A stretch of DNA of 42,298 nucleotides, taken from a virus. Position numbers and translations under genes: made by a program. Of the stretch, positions 8,900 to 17,683 are shown one piece after another; within the stretch, counting starts at the first letter, position 1, and every line of letters begins with the position of its first letter. The notes beneath the pieces were generated by a model, which was given only the letters and a program-made list of their open reading frames with translations, did no database searches and was not told the DNA's origin. The stretch spans positions 86,339-128,636 of IMG/VR virus record IMGVR_UViG_3300046710_000057. The stretch is one strand, 5' to 3'.

Positions 8900-11527
8900 A
8901 TGGCTAACTACTATGTTTCTTGGGCAACTGGAGTTGACGCAACTGGTGATGGTTCGGCAGCACTGCCGTTCAAGACTATCACTAAGGCAACGCAAGTCTG
9001 CTCGGCTGGTGATTTCATTCGAGTAGCGAAAAGTCCTGCGAATACTGCAATCTCTGGGAGTTGGAACTGGACAAACGGCTCTGCATCAGTTGTTTGTAGT
9101 GGTGATAAACGAGCGGAAGTAGCCGCAAAAGACCTCATTGGCAATTCGACAATTGAATACTGGGAAATATCTTCAGTGGCTTATGCAGGTGGCAATACCA
9201 CAGTTACTCTTCGTGGCAAGTTCTATGGCACTACTGGTAGCCAATCAATCGAAAAGTTAGGTGTTACGGATACTGGTGCGGCTGCGGCTTACAACACTGT
9301 GATTCAAGAGATTACGAAGACTGGGACGGCTGGGAACCCTATAACGATTTCTGGCGGTTGGGATTTGAGCATAGAATCTCTGACCGGAACAACAGTGTTC
9401 TACCAATCAGGCTCTAGCAGATACGGTTATGGGTTGTATGCTGCTAGTTCTATAAGTTTCATCACCTTGTCAAATCTTCGTTTCGCTAGAAACCAATATC
9501 ACATATATATCAACGGTGGGTCTGCTGCCGGTACAGAAGCGACCAGTTGGATTTGGAACGACATCAAGTGCTATGGTTCTGCTTCGTATTCCGTGTATGT
9601 TTTGCGTAACAAAGCGTGGGACGTAGACAACCTTACAGTTATCCAGAGTGGAGCCGAAGCTGTCTATTTCTCAACAGGATATGGTACAGGTTGTGGTGGT
9701 CACACCATAGATAATGTGACGATCAAAGCGTGTACGATTGACGGCTCTTCTGGTTCAGGAATGACGTTGTATTCTCAAGTTGGTTCTATAATTACCAATT
9801 TGAGCATCAATGGCAGTTACGGAAACGGTCTTGTCATTGACGGTGCATATGGTAACAAGTTTTACAATACGACAATAGACACATGTGTTGGCTATGGCAT
9901 AAAATCATTCAACACATACGCATATAGATCAACAATCAACAATCGCTTCTACACTCTGACCGTCAAAGCATGTCAAAAAGATGGTATCTGGATAGATGTC
10001 TACAGCGACATACCATACATCAGTAGTTTGACCATCCAAAACCAAGCTACGGCAGGTTATTATGGTATCCACATCGACGGCGGAACAAAGATGGTTATTG
10101 ATGGTCTGACGGCCTCTGGTAACTCTACTGGTGGCACGATCAAGATTGATAACTCCAATCTCAGATTGTACATCCGAGACTTCACGAGTAGCGATGCAAC
10201 GAAGTTCACTTTTCCAGCCACGACGACATATCCTGGCGCTAGGGTATATTCATTTAGTGAAGATGGGACGTACAACAACCACAACATAACGTTTGCCAAT
10301 GGCGTGGTTTCGTGCGTCACAGCAGGCGTATACGCGGATACTTATGCTTGGAAGTTCACTCCAAATGCCAGTGCTGATTCGTTCTATCCTGTTGAAATAC
10401 CAGTTTTGGTATATCCGGTAATCAACGAAAATGTGGATATAAAGCTCTTTGTCAATCTGAGCAATTCGGCAATGACAGGACGATTGCTTTGTCGAGGCGG
10501 TCAGGTTGGAGGTGTTGCGTCTGATGTGTTTATTGATGCCGCTGCATCGACAGGTTGGCAAGAAGTAACTTTGCCTCTGACGCCTAATGAGGTAGGTGGC
10601 TGTGAGATCGTATTTCAGGTTTGGGGTGGCAATGGCACAACAGACAATGTGATGATCGACGCTATGACTCCGCCTCTTGTCTCGACATACAGCTTAGAGC
10701 ACTCGTATCACGGACCTCTCAACTACATAGACGACATCAAGACACGAAGCCTGGAAGTAGCTGACTGGCTAGGGTTGATGCCCTTTGTAGCTCTCAGGTA
10801 TATTCCTGTTCCGTATGTGATTGCTGCCAGCACAGCTTTGTCTGTCGGTGCATCTATTCCGAGTGTGCTTTGTAAAAGGGTACGAAGCATCTTGCTAAAC
10901 GTTGGTGTCAACATAGGCACGAGCAGATTGGCTAAGATTATACGAAAGATCAACACCGGCATTTCTTTGAGAGCCATTCAATACAAGAAATATTTCACCG
11001 ACATTGCTAGTGCTCTCAATTTGCACATCAACTTCACTAAGGGCCGTGCGTACGAGGCGATATGCAGCACCGCTCTTACTGTAGGTATCACGGCGTCACG
11101 ACTACTCAATGCGATTCGTAACATCAGCCTTCAGATTCATCCGGCTGTCAATTCGTTGAGAGGTTTCGTAAGGAACATCTTAATTGCTCTGAATATTCGT
11201 GTTGTAACGAAGCCCACTTGCATAATAATCATCAATGACGATGACGAAACAACTGACGACATCGCTTCAATTTTGACGATTTCTTACAGTGGCGGTGTCA
11301 CAGATATGCGTCTCAAGAACGACGATACCGCTTGGGGAGAGTGGATAACACCTGCTACATCGAAGAACTGGGCGCTCAAAGCTGGAGCGGATGGAACTAA
11401 GACCGTCTATCTTCAGGTGAGAGACACTGCTGGCGAATCTGACATTGCGAATGACTCGATTGAATTGGTCACTCCGTCATATCCGTTGACTGTGATCGGT
11501 GAAATTACGGACCTGGTGAGAGCATGA
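8900..11527 (+). CDS. paralogous beta-helix spike-like protein extended by 20-aa fibre repeats and an Ig-like domain
   Basis: Shares MAN.YVSWATGVD.TGDG.AALPFKTI, ISGGW.L, FYQSG and QVWGGNGTTD with 7122-8897. Adds R.IRxI repeats and I.IN....T...W.EW...K.W.L..G.DG.KTVY.Q.RD.AG. Confidence 0.7.
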   Translation: MANYYVSWATGVDATGDGSAALPFKTITKATQVCSAGDFIRVAKSPANTAISGSWNWTNGSASVVCSGDKRAEVAAKDLIGNSTIEYWEISSVAYAGGNTTVTLRGKFYGTTGSQSIEKLGVTDTGAAAAYNTVIQEITKTGTAGNPITISGGWDLSIESLTGTTVFYQSGSSRYGYGLYAASSISFITLSNLRFARNQYHIYINGGSAAGTEATSWIWNDIKCYGSASYSVYVLRNKAWDVDNLTVIQSGAEAVYFSTGYGTGCGGHTIDNVTIKACTIDGSSGSGMTLYSQVGSIITNLSINGSYGNGLVIDGAYGNKFYNTTIDTCVGYGIKSFNTYAYRSTINNRFYTLTVKACQKDGIWIDVYSDIPYISSLTIQNQATAGYYGIHIDGGTKMVIDGLTASGNSTGGTIKIDNSNLRLYIRDFTSSDATKFTFPATTTYPGARVYSFSEDGTYNNHNITFANGVVSCVTAGVYADTYAWKFTPNASADSFYPVEIPVLVYPVINENVDIKLFVNLSNSAMTGRLLCRGGQVGGVASDVFIDAAASTGWQEVTLPLTPNEVGGCEIVFQVWGGNGTTDNVMIDAMTPPLVSTYSLEHSYHGPLNYIDDIKTRSLEVADWLGLMPFVALRYIPVPYVIAASTALSVGASIPSVLCKRVRSILLNVGVNIGTSRLAKIIRKINTGISLRAIQYKKYFTDIASALNLHINFTKGRAYEAICSTALTVGITASRLLNAIRNISLQIHPAVNSLRGFVRNILIALNIRVVTKPTCIIIINDDDETTDDIASILTISYSGGVTDMRLKNDDTAWGEWITPATSKNWALKAGADGTKTVYLQVRDTAGESDIANDSIELVTPSYPLTVIGEITDLVRA

Positions 11528-13248
11528 TATTCGAGCATCTAAACGAGTCAATCCAAGAGAGAATGAACAGGCAAGCAATTGACGATCTTGTTCGTGGAAC
11601 TATACGTGGAGTCATCTTAGGCAAGGAAGACAATGATTTCCTTGAGATACCATACTCTGATTGGATTCACCGGTACACACGCAAAGGTAACAAACCCTGG
11701 TCTTACGATGAATGGTCATTTCAGATTGATCTTCTGAACGACCCAGCACACCGTCTTGTTGTCAAGAAGGCCGCTCAGATGGGAGTTTCCGACACTATGG
11801 CTCGGAAATGTATTGCTATGCTTTGTCGCTATGATCGGACAAAAGCACTGTACACCCTACCGACCGACCCACTTGCAGGCACTTTTTCTGACACTCGTGT
11901 TCGACCGATCTTTGAGGATTCGTATTCGATCTCTCGATGGATGGGCAAGGGCAGCACTGACAGCCTTGGGCGGAAACAGGTCAAAGATTCGTTTATGATT
12001 ATTCAGGGAGGTTGGGATGTCCGAATCATGCAGATGATGGACATTGACTTCCTGTTCATTGACGAACTTGACCGCCAGAAGCAAGAGATCATCGGTTCGA
12101 TGAGAACCAGAATGGACGCTTCGATTCACCGATATGAGTTCGACTATTCGACTCCTACCGTTGAAGGATTCGGCATCGACGCACTGTATGAAGAGACGGA
12201 TAAGAAGGAATGGTTCCTTACTTGCCCTCGGTGTGGACTTGAACAGTATATGGAGTACGATCATATTATGTTCAAGCCAGAAGACGAGGAACATTACGAC
12301 CCTTTCTTCGGATGCAAGCAGTGCAAACAAGAACTGAATAGGTATGCTGGAGTATGGAAGCCGACTACGAAGTGTCGTCCTGATCTTTCTGGTTACCACA
12401 TTACTCAAGCAATGTCGCCACGCCAGACTGCCTTTGAGATTCTCGACAAGCGAACAAATGGTCAGTATCTACTCGAATCTGACTACTGGAACTATGTTTG
12501 GGGAATGGCTGCAAAGAGTAGTTTGGAAGGCACATTCGGTGAGATCAAATGGAACAGCTTGTACGGAACTCACGAATTGCAACCATTCTGTCATTCACAG
12601 AATCGTGTCATTATTATGTCGGTTGACTGGGGGCTTCCTTGGAGTTGGGCTGAAGTTCGTGAGATAGATTTTGAGGCAAGGCAATCGAAGATTATCTGGC
12701 TTGAAGCCTTTGAGTCGCAGAACCCTGACGACCATCCTGCACGAATGATTGATATAGCTCGTCAGAGTGGAGCTAGTATGGTAGTGGCAGACATTGGTTA
12801 TTCTGATGGCCGTGGTTACAAGCTGAAGAACGCTCTGGGCGATCTCTTCTGGGATGTATCCTCGAACTCGACTGGGTTGATAGAGCCGAGATTCGATAGA
12901 AAGAAACACAGAATTACTTGCTTCAAAGAAAGAATCATCAAACGACACTTCGTTTTGATTAGTGATGGACGAATAGTTTTGCCGATTAACAGTGACCAAA
13001 TAAAAATCGGCAAAGACTATAAGGCGAGAACGCAAGTCTGGATTGACCACCATCGGAATATAAAGATAAGGAAGGACAAAGACGGTAACGAAGAGATTGT
13101 CAGTAACCAGAAGCCGACTCACATGGTTTTCAGTTCAGCTTATGGTGATCTCGCTTTTGAGTATCTGTCGAAGGCTTACGCAGCCGAAAGACGACACAGA
13201 CGCCGCGAAATAAGAGTGCATGTTGTTGGAGGAAGAACTGATGGCTGA
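11524..13248 (+). CDS. terL: terminase large subunit (GpA-type)
   Basis: Walker A VKKAAQMGVS, Walker B FLFIDELD, motif III STPT, CPRCG...CKQC zinc site, and nuclease SVDWG / VADIG. Lies immediately before the portal. Confidence 0.92.
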   Translation: MIFEHLNESIQERMNRQAIDDLVRGTIRGVILGKEDNDFLEIPYSDWIHRYTRKGNKPWSYDEWSFQIDLLNDPAHRLVVKKAAQMGVSDTMARKCIAMLCRYDRTKALYTLPTDPLAGTFSDTRVRPIFEDSYSISRWMGKGSTDSLGRKQVKDSFMIIQGGWDVRIMQMMDIDFLFIDELDRQKQEIIGSMRTRMDASIHRYEFDYSTPTVEGFGIDALYEETDKKEWFLTCPRCGLEQYMEYDHIMFKPEDEEHYDPFFGCKQCKQELNRYAGVWKPTTKCRPDLSGYHITQAMSPRQTAFEILDKRTNGQYLLESDYWNYVWGMAAKSSLEGTFGEIKWNSLYGTHELQPFCHSQNRVIIMSVDWGLPWSWAEVREIDFEARQSKIIWLEAFESQNPDDHPARMIDIARQSGASMVVADIGYSDGRGYKLKNALGDLFWDVSSNSTGLIEPRFDRKKHRITCFKERIIKRHFVLISDGRIVLPINSDQIKIGKDYKARTQVWIDHHRNIKIRKDKDGNEEIVSNQKPTHMVFSSAYGDLAFEYLSKAYAAERRHRRREIRVHVVGGRTDG

Positions 13249-15214
13249 AGAAAAGAAAGCGCCTCGCGAGATCAAGGCAACTATCATCGTGAGAAATAGC
13301 GTTGATGGCACAACTGCTGCCATAACTACTCCTAACGCCTCAAAACAGCTAGACTACGTTACCAAGATCGACAAAGGTTTTCGGTATTCCAAGGACAACT
13401 TGGTAAAGCCTGAACTCGATCTGATGAACCTTTCAAAACTGTACAAGACGAACTATGCGCACGCCTTCTGCGTCAATGCTAAGGCTGCTTGTAAGTCTGG
13501 CGTTGGATGGCAATTGGAATCTTGTCTATCTGAGACTCACGAGATGAACGATCAGGAAATGAAATCAGAGATTGACCATCTCGAAGATAAGAAGAAGAGA
13601 ATTGACAAAGTAAAAGCTGATGCTGCTGCCGCTGCAAAGGTAGTGTCTGATGCTGCTGCTGCTGACGCTAAGGCTAAAGCAGCCAAGGATGCTGCGGCTG
13701 GCAAACCGGCAGCTAAACCGGCAGCTAAACCGGCGACTCCACCTGCTCCTACTCCTACTTCTCCTGATAACGAAGAAGAAGTCTTTGACGAAGAAGACAA
13801 GCAGAAACTTGCTGAGTATAAGAAAGTCTACGCTCAGCATATGAAAGACAAGAAGACTCTGTTGGACCTTTTCAGGCGTATCAACCCTGAAGATTCATTC
13901 ACCAGAATCAACGTCAACACTGACACTGACATAGAAGCATTCGGTTTCTCATGTTGGGAAGTCATTAGAGATGGCAAAAATAGGATTGTTGAACTCTACC
14001 ATATGCCAGCCGTCACTGTCCGAATGATGTCAAACAACCTTGGAGTGTGTCAAGTCAAATCGCCCACAATGACTGTTCTTGGCAACATTGCACTGACTGC
14101 AACTCCGAAGGGAAACAACAAGGTATTCTTCAAGAAAATCGGCGGCAATTACGTCATGGATAAGGACACCGGAGGTATTGTCGGTGAGATAAAGGACGGC
14201 GAGATAACTTGGCTCAAAGATGATACTGGGAAATCGTTGCAGATACCTGAAGCCAAACAAGCAAACGAAGTCATCATCTTCCGCAAGTACAATCCAGACA
14301 ACTTCTGGTATGGTATCACTGACATCACTCCTGCTCTTTCTGCGTGCTCTGGTGATAGGGCTGCTTCCGAATACAACGAACAGTTCTTTGACAACAACGC
14401 TGTCCCAAGAATGGCGGTCGTTCTCGAAGGAGCTTCGATGAACGATACCACCAAAGAGATGATCGAGAAGTTCTTCGACTACGACATCAAAGGCAATGCT
14501 CACTGTACTTTGGTTCTTGAAGCACCTGGGGCAGAATACGACGATACTACCGGCACTCGAATGGAAGCTGGCAAGATTCATTTTGAGAAACTTGCTATGG
14601 ACATTACTGACGCAAGTTTCCAAAGTTACCGGAAAGATAACCGAGACCAAATCTTCATTGCACACAGAGTTCCACAATCTCTGTCGCCATCTCCAAATAA
14701 CCAATCAGGTCGAACTGGCGATTCTGCTCAGACGGACTTGGAGATATTCAAATCTCAGGTTGTTCGACCGGCACAAGAAGAGAGAGAGTTCGTTATCAAT
14801 CGCCATATCGTTGAAGATGCTTATGGCATTGGGACTTGGAGACTTCGCTTCAAGGAGATCGACACCATCGACCAATTCCGCCAGATGCAGATTCATAGCG
14901 GATACCTGAAAGAGAATGCTATGACGATCAACGAGGTTAGAGCCAAGTTGGGTCTGCCGCCGAAGAAGGGTGGCGACATAGCGTTCCGAATTACACCTGT
15001 TGGCCTTGTCAAGCTCGAAGACATCGAAGACCTTAGCACGCTCGATCTTACTACTCGTCCTAAAGCTCCGCTCAGTGGAGCCGATCAGGGTACAAGTGTT
15101 GGTGGTCGTCCTGCCAAACCGACAGGAAAACCAAAACCAGCAAGCACTACTGGCAAAGCAAAGGCTGCACAGATCATTGATATGATCGAACAGATAATCT
15201 CGGAATCAGAATAA
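13241..15214 (+). CDS. portal protein (PBSX family)
   Basis: GGAGG before ATG 13241. Motifs H..CV.AKA, ELYHMPA.TVR, WYGITDI, FFDNNAVP, D.SF..YRK.NRD.I..AHRVP and MTINEVRAKLGLPP. Confidence 0.92.
   Translation: MAEEKKAPREIKATIIVRNSVDGTTAAITTPNASKQLDYVTKIDKGFRYSKDNLVKPELDLMNLSKLYKTNYAHAFCVNAKAACKSGVGWQLESCLSETHEMNDQEMKSEIDHLEDKKKRIDKVKADAAAAAKVVSDAAAADAKAKAAKDAAAGKPAAKPAAKPATPPAPTPTSPDNEEEVFDEEDKQKLAEYKKVYAQHMKDKKTLLDLFRRINPEDSFTRINVNTDTDIEAFGFSCWEVIRDGKNRIVELYHMPAVTVRMMSNNLGVCQVKSPTMTVLGNIALTATPKGNNKVFFKKIGGNYVMDKDTGGIVGEIKDGEITWLKDDTGKSLQIPEAKQANEVIIFRKYNPDNFWYGITDITPALSACSGDRAASEYNEQFFDNNAVPRMAVVLEGASMNDTTKEMIEKFFDYDIKGNAHCTLVLEAPGAEYDDTTGTRMEAGKIHFEKLAMDITDASFQSYRKDNRDQIFIAHRVPQSLSPSPNNQSGRTGDSAQTDLEIFKSQVVRPAQEEREFVINRHIVEDAYGIGTWRLRFKEIDTIDQFRQMQIHSGYLKENAMTINEVRAKLGLPPKKGGDIAFRITPVGLVKLEDIEDLSTLDLTTRPKAPLSGADQGTSVGGRPAKPTGKPKPASTTGKAKAAQIIDMIEQIISESE
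13703..13735 (+). repeat. 12-nt tandem repeat (AAACCGGCAGCT x2.7) encoding KPAA in the portal insertion
   Basis: aaaccggcagct aaaccggcagct aaaccggcg, read directly. Confidence 0.9.
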
Positions 15215-15229
15215 CTGGAGGACTACCTA

Positions 15230-15487
15230 ATGAGTAGCGAAACAGAAGACAAGTCGTTTGCCGTTCGTGAACTGCTTCCTGGTCAGGAAGAAGGACAGTT
15301 GGTTGCTGTCCATTGTGAGAATCCTGATTGTGGGAAAAATCCCAAATCAGGCATCAACTTTGGCGGTTCACGGTTGCTAGGACGGTATTATCCTGGCACT
15401 CGCGGCGAAGTCAAATGCCCTCGTTGCGGCCATGTCAACAAGTTCAAGGTGGCAGGAGGTCGCTTTACGGCTGTTAAGCCAGGGTAA
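15230..15487 (+). CDS. Mu Com-like zinc-finger protein
   Basis: VHC-x4-C ... RLLG ... GEVKCPRCGHVN matches the Com-family pattern (C..C..LL...EIKCPRC..IN). SD GGAGG. Confidence 0.7.
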   Translation: MSSETEDKSFAVRELLPGQEEGQLVAVHCENPDCGKNPKSGINFGGSRLLGRYYPGTRGEVKCPRCGHVNKFKVAGGRFTAVKPG

Positions 15488-15503
15488 GGAGGTGTGACCT
15501 ACA

Positions 15504-15980
15504 ATGAAGCTCGAAGAGAAAACATTAGAACTAGCCAAGCAGAGCATTGGCGTTACAGAAGAAACTCCGAATTGGGGGCGTTGGGTTAGCGTATACCTGA
15601 AGTTTGTAGGCATATTCAGTCCTGCGCCCTGGTGTGCTGCTTTTGTGGCATACAAGATTCATCAAGCTGCTGGTCAACTCAACGTCAAGGCAACTTGGCC
15701 GAAAGCTGGCTATGTGCAGAGCGTGGTCAACTGGGCCAAGAAAAAAGTCTTGGTTGTGCGTGTCCCACTGCCGAACACGGTATTTGCGGTTTGGCATCCA
15801 GAACTCAACAGATATGCACACATCGGATTTATAGCTGCGGTGCGCAAATCTGGGAGCAAAGTAGAGTTCTTGTCTGTTGAAGGTAACTCTAACACTGACG
15901 GTAGCAGAGAAGGTAAAGCTGTGGTCAGTCAGTGGAGAACCTGGAACGACGCTAAGTACATTTGCATACTCATTCAGTAG
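15504..15980 (+). CDS. CHAP-domain peptidoglycan amidase/endopeptidase
   Basis: IGVTE...N.G..V..YL, PWCAAFV (catalytic Cys), HIGFI (His) and SVEGNS. SD AAGGAGGT. Confidence 0.88.
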   Translation: MKLEEKTLELAKQSIGVTEETPNWGRWVSVYLKFVGIFSPAPWCAAFVAYKIHQAAGQLNVKATWPKAGYVQSVVNWAKKKVLVVRVPLPNTVFAVWHPELNRYAHIGFIAAVRKSGSKVEFLSVEGNSNTDGSREGKAVVSQWRTWNDAKYICILIQ

Positions 15981-16057
15981 AGATTGGATGAATCTTAGTC
16001 AATCAATCCTGTTGTAGAGTATAGATAAAGTAGACTATGCAAGGAGGTTGTGCGGCA

Positions 16058-17683
16058 ATGCCTGTGATTAACAAGTCAGATGAAATGAAACGCTGGTTGA
16101 GCAAGACTCCTTCGTGGTCTAAGGACGATGCTGAAGGTGTGGTTGGTGGTGTCAAACTAGACAACAACGGTCTTCTCTATATGTCTGGGGGAGACTATGA
16201 GATTGAACAGCCGATGTTCAAGTCATTTTTGGACAACAATGGTGATTTGATTATCGAAGGGTATATGTGTTCGCAGCGAAGAACTCGCAGAGGTGAACGT
16301 TGTCGAAACTACTGCTTTGCCGGTAGTATTGATGACTATATGAAGAACCCTACGATGCTTTTCAATCACAACATGGACCAACCTGTAGGCCAAGTTCTTG
16401 ACCTTCGGATGGACGACAAAGGCACTTGGGTCCGCTGCAAGATTCTCGATGATGCAACCAAAGTGATGATTCAGGATGGTCGTCTGCGAATGTTCTCTTG
16501 GATGGGATATGTTCGCGATTGGTCTGTCGAGATGGACCCTGACCCTGCATACGCTCAAAAAGAAACGCTTTGGATAAACAAGGCCGAATTGCTTGATGTA
16601 TCCGTTGTTTCTATCGGTAACGTTCCTGATGCTCTATTCCAGATCAGCAAGGCTGCGGATGGCAAGATGGATTACTCCATTTGGTGTCCGTTTGATAAGA
16701 ACGCTACTGACGAAGAGAAGCGAATGGTATACGGATATGCCACGATCTTCGGCCAGCGAGACGCTGACGGTCATAGAATGACCAGAGAAGCGATAGAACA
16801 AGCACTTCCTGCATATGCAGAGTTCCGAAATGTGCGAGAAATGCACCAACTTAAAGCTGTTGGGACTGCTCCGATTCTTGAGATTGACGACAAAGGGCTG
16901 CGTGTAGGAGTTCATGTCTCTGAAGGAGCACAAGATGCTTGGCTGAAAGTCAAGGATGGAACCTACAAAGGGTTCTCGCTTGGCGGTATGATTCACGAAA
17001 TGTCGCCTGAGAAAGATTTGACGAGAATATCGTTTGATGAAATCTCATTTTGCGACCGACCCAAAGTTCCTGGCGCAGTTTTCTACTTGGTGAAGTGTCA
17101 GGACGGAGAACTGGTTATCTGCCAGGACGAAGGAGGTGTCACAATGGAGGAAGAGCAGATTAAACCGGAGGATTCCGAACCGGAAAAGGGTAAGAGCGTT
17201 ATCGACAAGTTCCTTGCTTTGATAAGAGGTGAGGGGCAGGAAGAGGTAGACGTTCTTGGTGAAATGGGTATCGACCTTTCAAAGTATGCTACAAGTGAAG
17301 ACGTTCAGACACTTTCTACCCAAGTTGGTGATCTGACCTCTGCTGTTGCAGAACTGATCGAAGCGGTATCCGCGAACACCGAAGAGGAACCGGAGAAGCC
17401 GGAAGGTGAAGAGGAACCGGAGAAACCGGAAGAGCCGGAGAAGCCGGAAGATGAACCGGAGAAGCCGGAAGACGAACCTGACGAGAATGTTGTTGTCCTT
17501 TTGCAGAAGATTGATACTCTTATTGCCACTGTTACGAGTCTCAGTGACAGAGTAGAATCAATCGAGAAAGCCAAAGGAGTCCGACATTCTTCTGAGGCAA
17601 CAGGCGACGAAGAAGACGAACACAAATCCGTCTTTGCAGGCGTTGTTCCTGACATTCGACATAAGACAAGACTCGGAGAATAA
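16058..17683 (+). CDS. prohead maturation protease (two tandem HK97/XkdF-type domains) fused to scaffold
   Basis: SD AAGGAGG at 16041 favours ATG 16058. Domain 1: IEGY..LFNH..PVG..FSW.G..L.DVSVV. Domain 2: VYGYA..REMH..AVG..W.KVKDG.YKGFS.GG..EISFCDRP. Acidic coiled-coil C-terminus. Confidence 0.85.
   Translation: MPVINKSDEMKRWLSKTPSWSKDDAEGVVGGVKLDNNGLLYMSGGDYEIEQPMFKSFLDNNGDLIIEGYMCSQRRTRRGERCRNYCFAGSIDDYMKNPTMLFNHNMDQPVGQVLDLRMDDKGTWVRCKILDDATKVMIQDGRLRMFSWMGYVRDWSVEMDPDPAYAQKETLWINKAELLDVSVVSIGNVPDALFQISKAADGKMDYSIWCPFDKNATDEEKRMVYGYATIFGQRDADGHRMTREAIEQALPAYAEFRNVREMHQLKAVGTAPILEIDDKGLRVGVHVSEGAQDAWLKVKDGTYKGFSLGGMIHEMSPEKDLTRISFDEISFCDRPKVPGAVFYLVKCQDGELVICQDEGGVTMEEEQIKPEDSEPEKGKSVIDKFLALIRGEGQEEVDVLGEMGIDLSKYATSEDVQTLSTQVGDLTSAVAELIEAVSANTEEEPEKPEGEEEPEKPEEPEKPEDEPEKPEDEPDENVVVLLQKIDTLIATVTSLSDRVESIEKAKGVRHSSEATGDEEDEHKSVFAGVVPDIRHKTRLGE
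17144..17683 (+). CDS. putative nested scaffolding protein (internal in-frame start, 179 aa)
   Basis: AAGGAGGTG at 17130-17138 precedes the in-frame ATG 17144 (MEEEQIK...), exactly where the second protease domain ends. Confidence 0.65.
   Translation: MEEEQIKPEDSEPEKGKSVIDKFLALIRGEGQEEVDVLGEMGIDLSKYATSEDVQTLSTQVGDLTSAVAELIEAVSANTEEEPEKPEGEEEPEKPEEPEKPEDEPEKPEDEPDENVVVLLQKIDTLIATVTSLSDRVESIEKAKGVRHSSEATGDEEDEHKSVFAGVVPDIRHKTRLGE
17381..17485 (+). repeat. PEKPE repeats (GAACCGGAGAAGCCGGAA-like) in the scaffold
   Basis: EEEPEKPEGEEEPEKPEEPEKPEDEPEKPEDEPDE. Confidence 0.9.

Noticed and set aside
7122-9000. Similar 5' ends of the two spike genes as a DGR template/variable pair
   Set aside because: The differences are mostly synonymous and not adenine-specific, and no reverse transcriptase is in the window.
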